The notes under the pieces: model-generated
Seen by the model: the letters and a program-made list of their open reading frames with translations, nothing else
The model's database searches: none
Told to the model about the DNA's origin: nothing
Made by a program: the position numbers and the translations under genes
Assembly (NCBI GenBank): GCA_963796685.1
Contig: CAWCMR010000022.1
Location: forward strand, 32,001 to 96,000
Direction: 5' to 3'
DNA length: 64,000 nucleotides
DNA from: an uncultured delta proteobacterium
Lineage (GTDB): Bacteria; Myxococcota_A; Polyangia; Fen-1088
Shown: piece by piece, positions 48,839 through 57,216 of the stretch
How the letters are laid out: each line of letters opens with the position of its first letter
How positions within the stretch are numbered: position 1 is the first letter of the stretch

Positions 48839-50266
48839 CTATTTCTCGTAGTGAACGCAGCCACGCAGCGCCGGTGTGCCACCCTCGCAATGGTGCTCGA
48901 AGGTGGCGGTGAACGAGATCAGGGAGCTGTTGCTCATGATCAAGGATTCCACTTGGAAGCTCCCGGTTACGGTGTTGCATCCTCGCCCGTCGCCGCTCAC
49001 GTCGAGCCCGGGATGGCCGGGAGACTCGAACGGCCAACGCTCCGCTCCCTCGTAGACCTGTGTGGTGATGGGCGCCGGAATCTGCGAAGTTTCGAAGTAG
49101 AGATCCCACCACAGGCCCTGCGATTCGTTGGACGGCGTGACCGAGATGTGGACCTCGCCCGTCGACGCGCTGGCCGACCACTGTCCCTGGGTGATGGTCT
49201 CTATCCCCGAGTAGACGTAGTCGCCTGAATCGCCGTTGAAGAAGATCACATTCCCTCCGGCAAGGCACGGCGAATCCGAACCGATACCGGTGGGAGCGAC
49301 CAAGGTAATCTCCTGGCTGTTGGCCACCACGGTGTTCGGCGCTGAAGCGAGCGCGAGTGTGATGCGCACGGTACCGGGGCACCACGAGGAGGCGGCGGCG
49401 CTGCACGGAGTGAAATACGCGGTGGCTCCGGTCGGGGTGAGTGTGAGGGTATTGGGCGAAATGGTGCCCGCGCCCGCTCGCGAGGTGTCCAGCACGACCG
49501 TGGCCGTCGAAGGAGCTCCATCAGCGGTGGTGCCAAGAATGGTGACGGGTATCGTCGAGTAGCCGTCGGCCCCGATGGTCGTGACCCCGACGCGCACGAT
49601 GAACTGTTCGCCTCCTGCATCGGGCACTGGCACGCACTCCCCACCGACCGCCTCGGTTCCAGGCCCGCACGCAAGGGTGGTGCCTCCATCGCTTGGATCG
49701 GAGAGACACTGATTTCCTGACTGATGAGTTCCTGGGCCGCAGACCATCGTGCTACCGGCGTCACTGGGATTGGGAAGGCATGTGCCTCCCGATTGGTGAG
49801 TTCCCGGGCCACAAACCATCGTGGCGCCGGCGTCGCTGGGATCGGGAAGGCATTGCGCGCCCGATAGGTGTGTGCCGACACCGCATCCGATAGGTGGACC
49901 GGCATCTGCTCCTACGGGAACACACTGATTTGCGACGGCCACGGTTCCCGCACCGCACACGACGGCTGTGCTCCCGGCATCGCTCGGCACGACGACACAT
50001 TGACCGCCCACCAGCCGCGTCCCGGAACCGCAAGAGACGCTTGCATCCACATCCGACAGACAGACATTCCCCACCATCGTCGTCCCGGGGCCGCAGGTCG
50101 TGTCGACAATGCACTTTCCGCCCTCCGGGTGCGTTCCGGCTCCGCACTGGCTCGAGGAGAGCCCGTTGCTGCTGCAGGCGACACCTACGGCAAGCCCCAA
50201 TACGGCCGTCATGCAAACGCCAGGAAGGAAGGGTCGGGAGATTGATCCGGTCGTCAGGGTCGTCAT
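48839..50266 (-). CDS. Lipoprotein with CGxGT...C tandem repeats and unknown C-terminal beta domains
   Basis: Lipobox GVAC; 8 CG(P/A/S/V)GT-x-C units; C-terminal ATFEHHCEG..ALRGCVHY. Confidence 0.75.
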   Translation of the reverse strand: MTTLTTGSISRPFLPGVCMTAVLGLAVGVACSSNGLSSSQCGAGTHPEGGKCIVDTTCGPGTTMVGNVCLSDVDASVSCGSGTRLVGGQCVVVPSDAGSTAVVCGAGTVAVANQCVPVGADAGPPIGCGVGTHLSGAQCLPDPSDAGATMVCGPGTHQSGGTCLPNPSDAGSTMVCGPGTHQSGNQCLSDPSDGGTTLACGPGTEAVGGECVPVPDAGGEQFIVRVGVTTIGADGYSTIPVTILGTTADGAPSTATVVLDTSRAGAGTISPNTLTLTPTGATAYFTPCSAAASSWCPGTVRITLALASAPNTVVANSQEITLVAPTGIGSDSPCLAGGNVIFFNGDSGDYVYSGIETITQGQWSASASTGEVHISVTPSNESQGLWWDLYFETSQIPAPITTQVYEGAERWPFESPGHPGLDVSGDGRGCNTVTGSFQVESLIMSNSSLISFTATFEHHCEGGTPALRGCVHYEK

Positions 50267-50510
50267 AAGGCACCACCTTTCACTTCGTAGTGGACCAAGT
50301 TTCAGGTCCGCATTTTGCCCTGTCGCGCAAGTCGGCGGGTGGAAATTCGATCCCTGACTTGCCACTTTGGCTTGAAACGGGAATCCTCCGCGCCGATTCG
50401 CCGGAGCACAGTCCGTTCGAGCGCCGCTTTGCTTTCACGTCTGATAAGAAGCATCACATCAACCACAACGACCTACACGCCAGTCTGAGCCAAGCGGGAC
50501 AAGCGAGGAG

Positions 50511-52563
50511 TCTTGGTCAATCGCCCCGCCCTATCCTGCGGCAGCCGAAGCCCATGGTTGCATGCTTCGGCGGTCTCGCTTGACGGATTGTGGACCAGCT
50601 GGCCACTGCCAAGGCAATGTCATGGGTTCCACACGATTCTCGGCCGGCTCAGTTGCTGGGTGCGATGGCTGTCGTCGCTCTCGCGCTGTTCGGCTTCGCT
50701 TGTTCCGCATCAGATGGAGGCCATGGTGGGACAGGTGGGGGAAGCGGCGGGGCGTCTGTGGCGGCTTCCGGGGGCGCCGGCTCGGGTGGAGTCATGAGCA
50801 CCGGTGCTGGGGGCGGCGGTTTTGGGGGTAGTTCCGCAACTGGCTCTGGCGGCGACGCCCGCGGGGGAGCGGGCAGTGGCGGCAAAGCCGGATCCGGCGG
50901 CGCTGGCAACGGGGGCGCGGCTGGCACCACCAGCAACGGCTCGGGAGGTGATTCGGTCGATGGCGGCTCGAGCGCCGGCGGTAAGCTGGGCACGGGAGGT
51001 GCCAAGTCGACAGGCGGGAGCTCCGCAGCCACGGGTGACGCCAGCGCGACGGGCGGGAAGACCTCCACAGGCGGTGCGACGAGCACGGGAGGCTCGAATC
51101 AACAGGGTGGGTCCACCGGCGGTACTGCTGCGGGCGGTTCTGCTACTGGTGGGGCCACCGGGTCAGGAGGCGCAAGTGCAACCGGACCCTGTGATATCTT
51201 CGCGGCCGGCAGCACACCCTGCGTTGCGGCCCACAGCACGGTCCGCCTTCTGGCCGGAAGCTACGGCGGACCGCTTTACCAGGCTCGTCGCGCCTCGGAC
51301 GGCAAGACCCAGGACATTGGAGCTCTGGCGCAGTTTGGTGTGGCCGACGCCGCCGCACAGGAAACCTTCTGCACGGGTACGACGTGCACCATCTCCGTCA
51401 TCTACGATCAATCCGGCAAGGGGAATCACCTCACGAGGTCGCAGGGAGGTGCCGAGGTGTGCCGGCACCAGGATCTCGAGGCCGTGGCAGACGCGCTACC
51501 CCTGACCCTCAACGGTCATAGGGTGTACGGGATCAAGGTCGTTTCGGACGACAACGCCGGTTGTACGCCGCCGGCAGGTGGCGAGGGGACCGGCTATCGG
51601 CTGGACAAGACGACGGGCGTGGCAGTTGGAGATGAGGCGGAGACCGAATACATGGTGACCAGCGGTGACACCCCGGCTTACCAAAACAGTGGTTGCTGCT
51701 TCGACTATGGCAACGTGGAAACGGATGACAAGGATGACGGCGCCGCGACCATGGAGGCCATCTACTTCGGAGGCGGCGCCGGCTGGGGTCATGGAGGTGG
51801 CAACGGGCCGTGGGTCATGGCCGACATGGAGAACGGAATATTTTCCGGATCCACCAATGCCTATACCGGCAACACGTCCGTGCCCTATCCCTACGTGACC
51901 GGCGTTCTGATCGGCCGGGCCGGAGGGACGTACGCCCTCATGGCCGGGAACGCACAGACCGGCAATCTCACGACCATGTACGACGGAGCCCGGCCGAGCG
52001 GGTACACCAAGATGAAGAAGCAAGGAGCTATCGTCCTCGGGACAGGTGGCGATAACAGCGACCATGGTCGGGGATATTTCTTCGAAGGTGTGATGACCTC
52101 GGGTGCGGCGACCGCTGCTACCATGAGCGCGGTTCAAGCCAATATCGTCGCTGCCGGCTACGGCAAGTGATTCCGCCCCGAGGGAATTGACCCTACATGA
52201 AGCTGCTCGAGTCCGGTCGGATGGTTCGAAGCGGGGGTGGTCGGCTGAGGACTCCAGCATGGAGACTTGACCCCATCTCCGAGCGGGCTGTATCTTTGAC
52301 TGAAGAACAATCCCCAATCGACGCGACTGAAGCACTGGAAGATCTACCAGGAAATCACCACCGCCTCCAAGCAGACCGGTCTGAGGGAGGTCGTCTTGCT
52401 TTCCTGCAAGGTCGGGAATGCCATCGATTTCGTGAAAAAGATTGCCAACGATTTTGGCGCCATTGTTCGCGCCTACAAGGTGCAGGTCGGTCTCGATCAG
52501 AATGGATCAAGACCCAAGGTCTTCTTGGTCAATCACGCCCCGCCCTATCCCACGGCAGCCGAA
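50511..52563 (+). repeat. Degenerate ~40-bp direct repeat (50511-50549 and 52523-52563) bracketing the second GH54 gene
   Basis: tcttggtcaatc--gccccgccctatcctgcggcagccgaa versus tcttggtcaatcacgccccgccctatcccacggcagccgaa. Confidence 0.75.
50617..52170 (+). CDS. Second GH54 arabinofuranosidase-like lipoprotein
   Basis: Lipobox GFAC; Gly-rich stalk; GPCDIF, PCVAAHS, CCFDYGNVE, MEAIYFG, ADMENG, GGDNS; start uncertain. Confidence 0.9.
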   Translation: MSWVPHDSRPAQLLGAMAVVALALFGFACSASDGGHGGTGGGSGGASVAASGGAGSGGVMSTGAGGGGFGGSSATGSGGDARGGAGSGGKAGSGGAGNGGAAGTTSNGSGGDSVDGGSSAGGKLGTGGAKSTGGSSAATGDASATGGKTSTGGATSTGGSNQQGGSTGGTAAGGSATGGATGSGGASATGPCDIFAAGSTPCVAAHSTVRLLAGSYGGPLYQARRASDGKTQDIGALAQFGVADAAAQETFCTGTTCTISVIYDQSGKGNHLTRSQGGAEVCRHQDLEAVADALPLTLNGHRVYGIKVVSDDNAGCTPPAGGEGTGYRLDKTTGVAVGDEAETEYMVTSGDTPAYQNSGCCFDYGNVETDDKDDGAATMEAIYFGGGAGWGHGGGNGPWVMADMENGIFSGSTNAYTGNTSVPYPYVTGVLIGRAGGTYALMAGNAQTGNLTTMYDGARPSGYTKMKKQGAIVLGTGGDNSDHGRGYFFEGVMTSGAATAATMSAVQANIVAAGYGK

Positions 52564-52632
52564 ACTATTCTCCATGAGGAATACTTGCCGTACTCGCCCA
52601 ACGACACCCTTCTCGTCGGGCCTCCACTTTGA
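52258..52632 (+). pseudogene. 3' remnant of a gene with His-Gly and LLSCKVG motifs (clan-CD-like), in-frame TGA at 52297
   Basis: Frame reads HGDLTPSPSGLYL*LKNNP...EVVLLSCKVGNAIDFVKKIANDFG...; no credible start. Confidence 0.45.
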
Positions 52633-52820
52633 GCTGACGACGGCTTGGTCACTGCCGGGGGCAAGGCGGAGAGGCTTGGTGCGAAGTCCTTCGGCGCAAG
52701 ACAACGACATCCGTGTCGCGGAACGGACCGCAAGTCTTTGGCAGGAGGGCCGCGATTCGGCCCGTTTCTCCCCGGCGCGGGCCTGGCCCGGCGATTGCTA
52801 GATTGCTTGAACGTCAGATC

Positions 52821-53219
52821 ATGCGATTTCCGCTCGGCATGCCTCTTCTTTTCGCCGCGTGCATAGTCACGCTCTTCCCGGGTTGCCTTGGAGGTGGTTG
52901 TTACGCCACGCAAGAGAATTTTCGCGTAACGCCGACGGAGAGCTGCATCCAGCCGGTGTTCGACGTCTGCGATGCCCAAGCGGGTTCTCTGACGGTGAGG
53001 AACAATTGTGCCGACCCGTTGGTCGTTCTCGACAGCTCTGTGGGCGATTCCGGCGCCGGCGGAACCTCGCAAGCGGACATTACGATCGAGCCTGGCGCGA
53101 AAGACGAGATCGAATGCGCTCCATTCACCGATTCATCCAACAGCGGGCTGTGGCACGTCACGATTCCCGCCGTGCTCGGCACAACCTCCATCGTGATCAC
53201 TTTCGATATCGCGCGCTAG
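52821..53219 (+). CDS. Small Cys-containing lipoprotein, hypothetical
   Basis: Signal and lipobox FPGC; LTVRNNCADPLVV beta-rich domain. Confidence 0.6.
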   Translation: MRFPLGMPLLFAACIVTLFPGCLGGGCYATQENFRVTPTESCIQPVFDVCDAQAGSLTVRNNCADPLVVLDSSVGDSGAGGTSQADITIEPGAKDEIECAPFTDSSNSGLWHVTIPAVLGTTSIVITFDIAR

Positions 53220-53370
53220 TCAAGCGATTCCAGCCAGGCCAAAGCTACAGACCGGCTTCAGAGCTGGGCACGAGCGAAACGCTGGGAAAACCGGGGTGTT
53301 GAGAAGCCGGCGACTGAAACCGGGATTGACGCCCTGGCGGCCGCGTAACGGCCGTATCGCCTCTCGGCAA

Positions 53371-53454
53371 GTGAGGGGCCGACGCGCTCGCTCTTTCGCG
53401 CGCCCCTCACCCGCCGACGCGGACGTCGGCGGCCTCACCCCGACGGGGAGAGGC
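53371..53454. repeat. REP-like multi-hairpin intergenic palindrome
   Basis: gtgagggg/cccctcac, gccgacg/cgtcggc and cctcacccc/ggggagagg inverted pairs between convergent genes. Confidence 0.6.
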
Positions 53455-53518
53455 TGGGATCTTAGCCTGCGCGAACACCTCGAGACCCGAGCACATTGCC
53501 ACTCTTCCGGACGCCCAG

Positions 53519-54523
53519 CTAGAGTCGGACGCGGCAATCGAGGGTGCAGAGGCCGCTGTCGTTGAACGGGCCGTCGTCACACTCCTCGCCCCACGCACTG
53601 TCCACCTTGCCGTCGCCACAGTAGGCCGGAACCGTGCACGTATCGGTGCAGCCGCTCCGAGCCCCATAGACCGCCGTGTTCTTGCCCCAGCCAAGGTCGC
53701 ACGTCTCCGGGCCGTTGACGATACCGTCGCCACAGAGGAGGTAGCGGCAGTGGGTGCTGCAGCCGCCATAGTTGCTGTCGTCGTTGGCGGAACCGTCGTC
53801 GCATTCCTCGGCGCCCTCGAGCTTGCCGTTGCCGCAATAGACGCCGTCGACCGGCAGCCCCGCACAATTGCCGCCGTCGACGTAGGGCAGCCGGCGCAGG
53901 CAAGCTCCGCTCGAACAGTCCCAACAGGGCTCCGTCAGACAGAGGCTCGAGCAGCCATCGCCGCTCATCGAATTGCCGTCGTCGCAGCTCTCGCTGCCGA
54001 CGAGCAGGCCATCGCCGCAGATCGGGCTGCAACGCCGTCCGGGCACCGGGCAGTGGAAGCCTGGCTCGACCGCGCAGCTCGACGAGCAGCCGTCGCCATC
54101 CGCGAGATTGCCGTCGTCGCAGAGCTCGCCGGCGCCGAGCAAGCCATCGCCGCAGACCACCTGACGCGGGTAGGGCGGCGACGGACAGTCCGACCAGCCA
54201 CACTCGATCTGGCAGGTGGGATCGCAGCCATCGCCCGGGAGGGTGTTGCCATCGTCGCACGTCTCCCCGGGATCGACGAAGCCATCACCGCAGCTCGGGC
54301 CACGCAAGTCGAAGGCGGTGTCGGGTGGGGAGCGCGGTGGGAGGTCCGGGCTCGACAAGGGCGCGAGATCCGGTGCGAGAGCGGCGTCCTCGGCTGCCGC
54401 CGGGCTCGGACCTCGACCCGCGTCCGGCGGTCCGACCTGCGCGAGATGCGTGCGGCCGCAGGCCAGGGCCCCGCCTGTGCCCAAGAGCAGCGCGGCGTAC
54501 CGCCATCGCGTCGTGCTTGCCAT
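53519..54523 (-). CDS. Myxococcus cysteine-rich repeat (DUF4215-like) lipoprotein
   Basis: Lipobox ALAC; six CG(D/N)G..E.CD.G units. Confidence 0.88.
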   Translation of the reverse strand: MASTTRWRYAALLLGTGGALACGRTHLAQVGPPDAGRGPSPAAAEDAALAPDLAPLSSPDLPPRSPPDTAFDLRGPSCGDGFVDPGETCDDGNTLPGDGCDPTCQIECGWSDCPSPPYPRQVVCGDGLLGAGELCDDGNLADGDGCSSSCAVEPGFHCPVPGRRCSPICGDGLLVGSESCDDGNSMSGDGCSSLCLTEPCWDCSSGACLRRLPYVDGGNCAGLPVDGVYCGNGKLEGAEECDDGSANDDSNYGGCSTHCRYLLCGDGIVNGPETCDLGWGKNTAVYGARSGCTDTCTVPAYCGDGKVDSAWGEECDDGPFNDSGLCTLDCRVRL

Positions 54524-54691
54524 GCGTTGGTATTCTATTCTCCTCTCTGAGCGCTGCCCAGAGGGCGCGATACCCTGCCGCCATCCTTTGGCGGCGCGAT
54601 ATAATCGTCGCCGGATGGGGTGAAACGTCCTGCGCCCGACCAAGAAACGCCGTTGCCGGTTGGCACATCCAAGTCAACGAGGTCCACGCGC

Positions 54692-54961
54692 ATGTGCAGG
54701 AACATTCGAACCCTGTTCAATTTCGATCCACCCGTCACGCCCGAGGAGGTGCAAGCCGCATCCTTGCAGTTCGTGCGCAAGATCAGCGGCTTCACCAAGC
54801 CGTCGAAGGCGAACGAAACCGCGTTTCAAGGAGCGGTCGACGCCATCACCGAGATCGCCAACCGGCTTCTCCATGCCCTGGAAACCGCCGCGCCTCCCAA
54901 GAACCGCGAAGAGGAAGCCGCCAAGGCCAAGGCGCGTGCAGCCGCGCGGTATGGCGGGTAG
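54692..54961 (+). CDS. DUF2277-family protein
   Basis: MCRNIRTLFNFDPP..AASLQFVRKISGF.KPS..NE.AF signature. Confidence 0.9.
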   Translation: MCRNIRTLFNFDPPVTPEEVQAASLQFVRKISGFTKPSKANETAFQGAVDAITEIANRLLHALETAAPPKNREEEAAKAKARAAARYGG

Positions 54962-55097
54962 GGCAGGGTTTCAGCCCGCGGGCCGACCAGTCACGGCACG
55001 GAGTGTGGTGCGGAAGACACACCCTCGCTGCCTACCCCTGGAAACCGAAGAGTTCTTCGTGCAGTACCAGACGGGACAACGCGCGCGGCGTTCTGGA

Positions 55098-56147
55098 TCA
55101 GTAGGGCACCACCTGGATGATCTTGTCGCTGGGCTTGCCCGACTGCGCGTCGGCGCCGCCGCAGATGTACCCGGCCCACATCGACGAAACCCAGGTGCCC
55201 ACGTGGCCGCCCACGTAGAGGGGAAGCGCGAAGTCGAGGGGCGTCGCCTCGCCGGCCATCGGATCGAAGCTGAGGATCGAGGTGTACCCCGTCGAATTGC
55301 TGGCGCTGCCAGCCGGCAGATAGAAGAAGTCGCCGTCGCCGAAAGCCGGCGCGCCCCACAACGCATAAGGAAGATTGCCGGCCAAGGTCGCCTCGCCGGT
55401 CGCTGGATCGAACACCTGTACGGCGTTCGTTGCGACGCCAGTCGTGCCGGCGGCATCCGCCTTGCCGCCGAGGATCCAGACCACACTGCCGTCCCAGAAG
55501 ACGCCCGGCTCCTCGACGCCAACCGGCAAGGTCGCCGCCACGCTCGTGAGCGTGTCGCTGGTCGGATCGTAGCGCAGGATCTGCGCCAGGTGCCCGCCAG
55601 CCACGCCTCCGACGACGTAGATGGCAGAGTCGGCCCACACCGCGGTCACGTTGTAGGCGGCGCTGGGTAACAGGGCGTTCATGATGGTGACCGTACCCGT
55701 GCCGGGCACATACCGGACGATCCGGCGAAGCGCACCGGTCTTGTCGAGCCCGCCGAACAGGTAGGCGCCCGTCGGGGTCCAGGCCACGCCCGCCGCGTAC
55801 ATCGGCGTCGGCAGGGCCTCGGGCAACACGGTCACGGCCCCGGTACCGGGATCGAAGCGAACGATATCGGCCAATAGCGTGCTCTTGTCGTCGAGCCCCC
55901 CCGCCACGAAGACCGCGTTGCCGTCGGAAAATACCGCCGGCTCGTGCCGCGGCGTCGGCAAGACCGCGCCGAGCACGGTAGCGCCCGGCGGTAGCAGTGG
56001 CGGCAGCATGGCGTCGCCGTGGGCTCCGCCGTCGGCTGTGCCCTTGCTGGAGCCGCCGCACGCCAAGAGTGCCAGGCCAAGGCAGCCACAAAGAAGGCGC
56101 GGCCACGCACGGGATGCATTACCGGCAAAGAGCCAAGCTCGGGGCAT
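55098..56147 (-). CDS. Kelch-repeat beta-propeller lipoprotein
   Basis: Lipobox LLAC; six repeats (VAGG, LFGG, VVGG, ILGG...FDP). Confidence 0.85.
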   Translation of the reverse strand: MPRAWLFAGNASRAWPRLLCGCLGLALLACGGSSKGTADGGAHGDAMLPPLLPPGATVLGAVLPTPRHEPAVFSDGNAVFVAGGLDDKSTLLADIVRFDPGTGAVTVLPEALPTPMYAAGVAWTPTGAYLFGGLDKTGALRRIVRYVPGTGTVTIMNALLPSAAYNVTAVWADSAIYVVGGVAGGHLAQILRYDPTSDTLTSVAATLPVGVEEPGVFWDGSVVWILGGKADAAGTTGVATNAVQVFDPATGEATLAGNLPYALWGAPAFGDGDFFYLPAGSASNSTGYTSILSFDPMAGEATPLDFALPLYVGGHVGTWVSSMWAGYICGGADAQSGKPSDKIIQVVPY

Positions 56148-56280
56148 GAAGCGGTCCTTTCCGTTGGGTTGTCGGCGCGAGCATACCCGATGTGCCGTCA
56201 TCCCGGTGTAGATTGGTCGATTCGAAGAACCCGCGGCCTCGAAGTGAGGCAGCCTGGCGCCAGCGGGCGTGTACGATGTC

Positions 56281-56829
56281 TCAGAGGCCGAAAAGGGAAG
56301 CGTCTCTTCTGGCCGTTGCGGTGTCCAGGCGGATCGTGGCGGTGTCCAGGCGAAGCGTTGTTGCGTCTCCGCCTGGGGCCGCGTCCCTCTTGATGGTCAC
56401 CGTGTCTTGCTTGGTTGCTGGGCCATCGTGGAGCGCCGTCGCGGAATCGCGTTCGGAAGCCGTCGCGTCTCGGCCATTCATCCCGGCATCGCGATTGCCA
56501 CCCGAGCCCGACGATCCGCCCTTGGCCGAGCCGCCCATTCCCGAGGTTCCCCCTGATTCCGTGGATCCCCCGGTTGCTTTCCCGCCAGCGCCATTGCCGC
56601 CGGTATCGTTGGAATTGGTCGACGAGGTCTGACCTTCGGTTCCGGCTCCCCCGGCTCCGGTTCCGCCTGTCCCGCCAGCGCCGGTCGCGCCGCCATCTCC
56701 GGTGGGGGCGGCGTCGGTCTTGGTGAGTTCACCGCCCGTCGGCATGCAGCTGAAGATAGAGATCAGGGCTCCGCAGCACAGAGCCTTCGCCCAATTGCAA
56801 CTCCCCTCGGCCTTGGTTCCGGCGTTCAT
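56281..56829 (-). CDS. Stalk-only Gly-rich lipoprotein, probably truncated
   Basis: Lipobox IFSC followed only by Gly/Thr and DA-rich linker; ends in a 21-bp duplicated unit (RLDTAT x2). Confidence 0.45.
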   Translation of the reverse strand: MNAGTKAEGSCNWAKALCCGALISIFSCMPTGGELTKTDAAPTGDGGATGAGGTGGTGAGGAGTEGQTSSTNSNDTGGNGAGGKATGGSTESGGTSGMGGSAKGGSSGSGGNRDAGMNGRDATASERDSATALHDGPATKQDTVTIKRDAAPGGDATTLRLDTATIRLDTATARRDASLFGL

Positions 56830-57216
56830 GGCGCTTTTCAACCGTGGGCGGAAAGCTCCCACCATCGTGGCCGAAAGTCCAGGGGCCGAACATGGATCCC
56901 TGATTCCGACCAGCGAGGGCACATTCTTACCCTTGGGATTAACCACATGGACCTACATGCGTGATTGTCCTCCTCTCCCTGAGCGGTCTTGGCTGTTGTC
57001 TTCACAGGCAGCGTGTAACAGCCCTGCTTTTGCGCGCCCGCTCCAAGTGACGAAGCGCACTGGGCGGTGATCTGGTCAAAAAAAAATTAACGCCCCGAAA
57101 CCAATTCCTGGCAGTGTACGCACGAGGTAAGTTCGCCACCGACCGGCGCGCCCGCGTGTTGTGCCATGTGCTCGGCCTCCACTGGCTGGGGAGCGCCATA
57201 GAAAGGAAAGAACCCG

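Noticed and set aside
52297-52299. In-frame TGA as selenocysteine
   Set aside because: Not at a Cys-like catalytic position, no evident SECIS, and the ORF lacks a start
57078-57090. Poly-A tract as a phase-variable switch
   Set aside because: Single intergenic A run, more likely an ordinary promoter UP-like element; no evidence of variation
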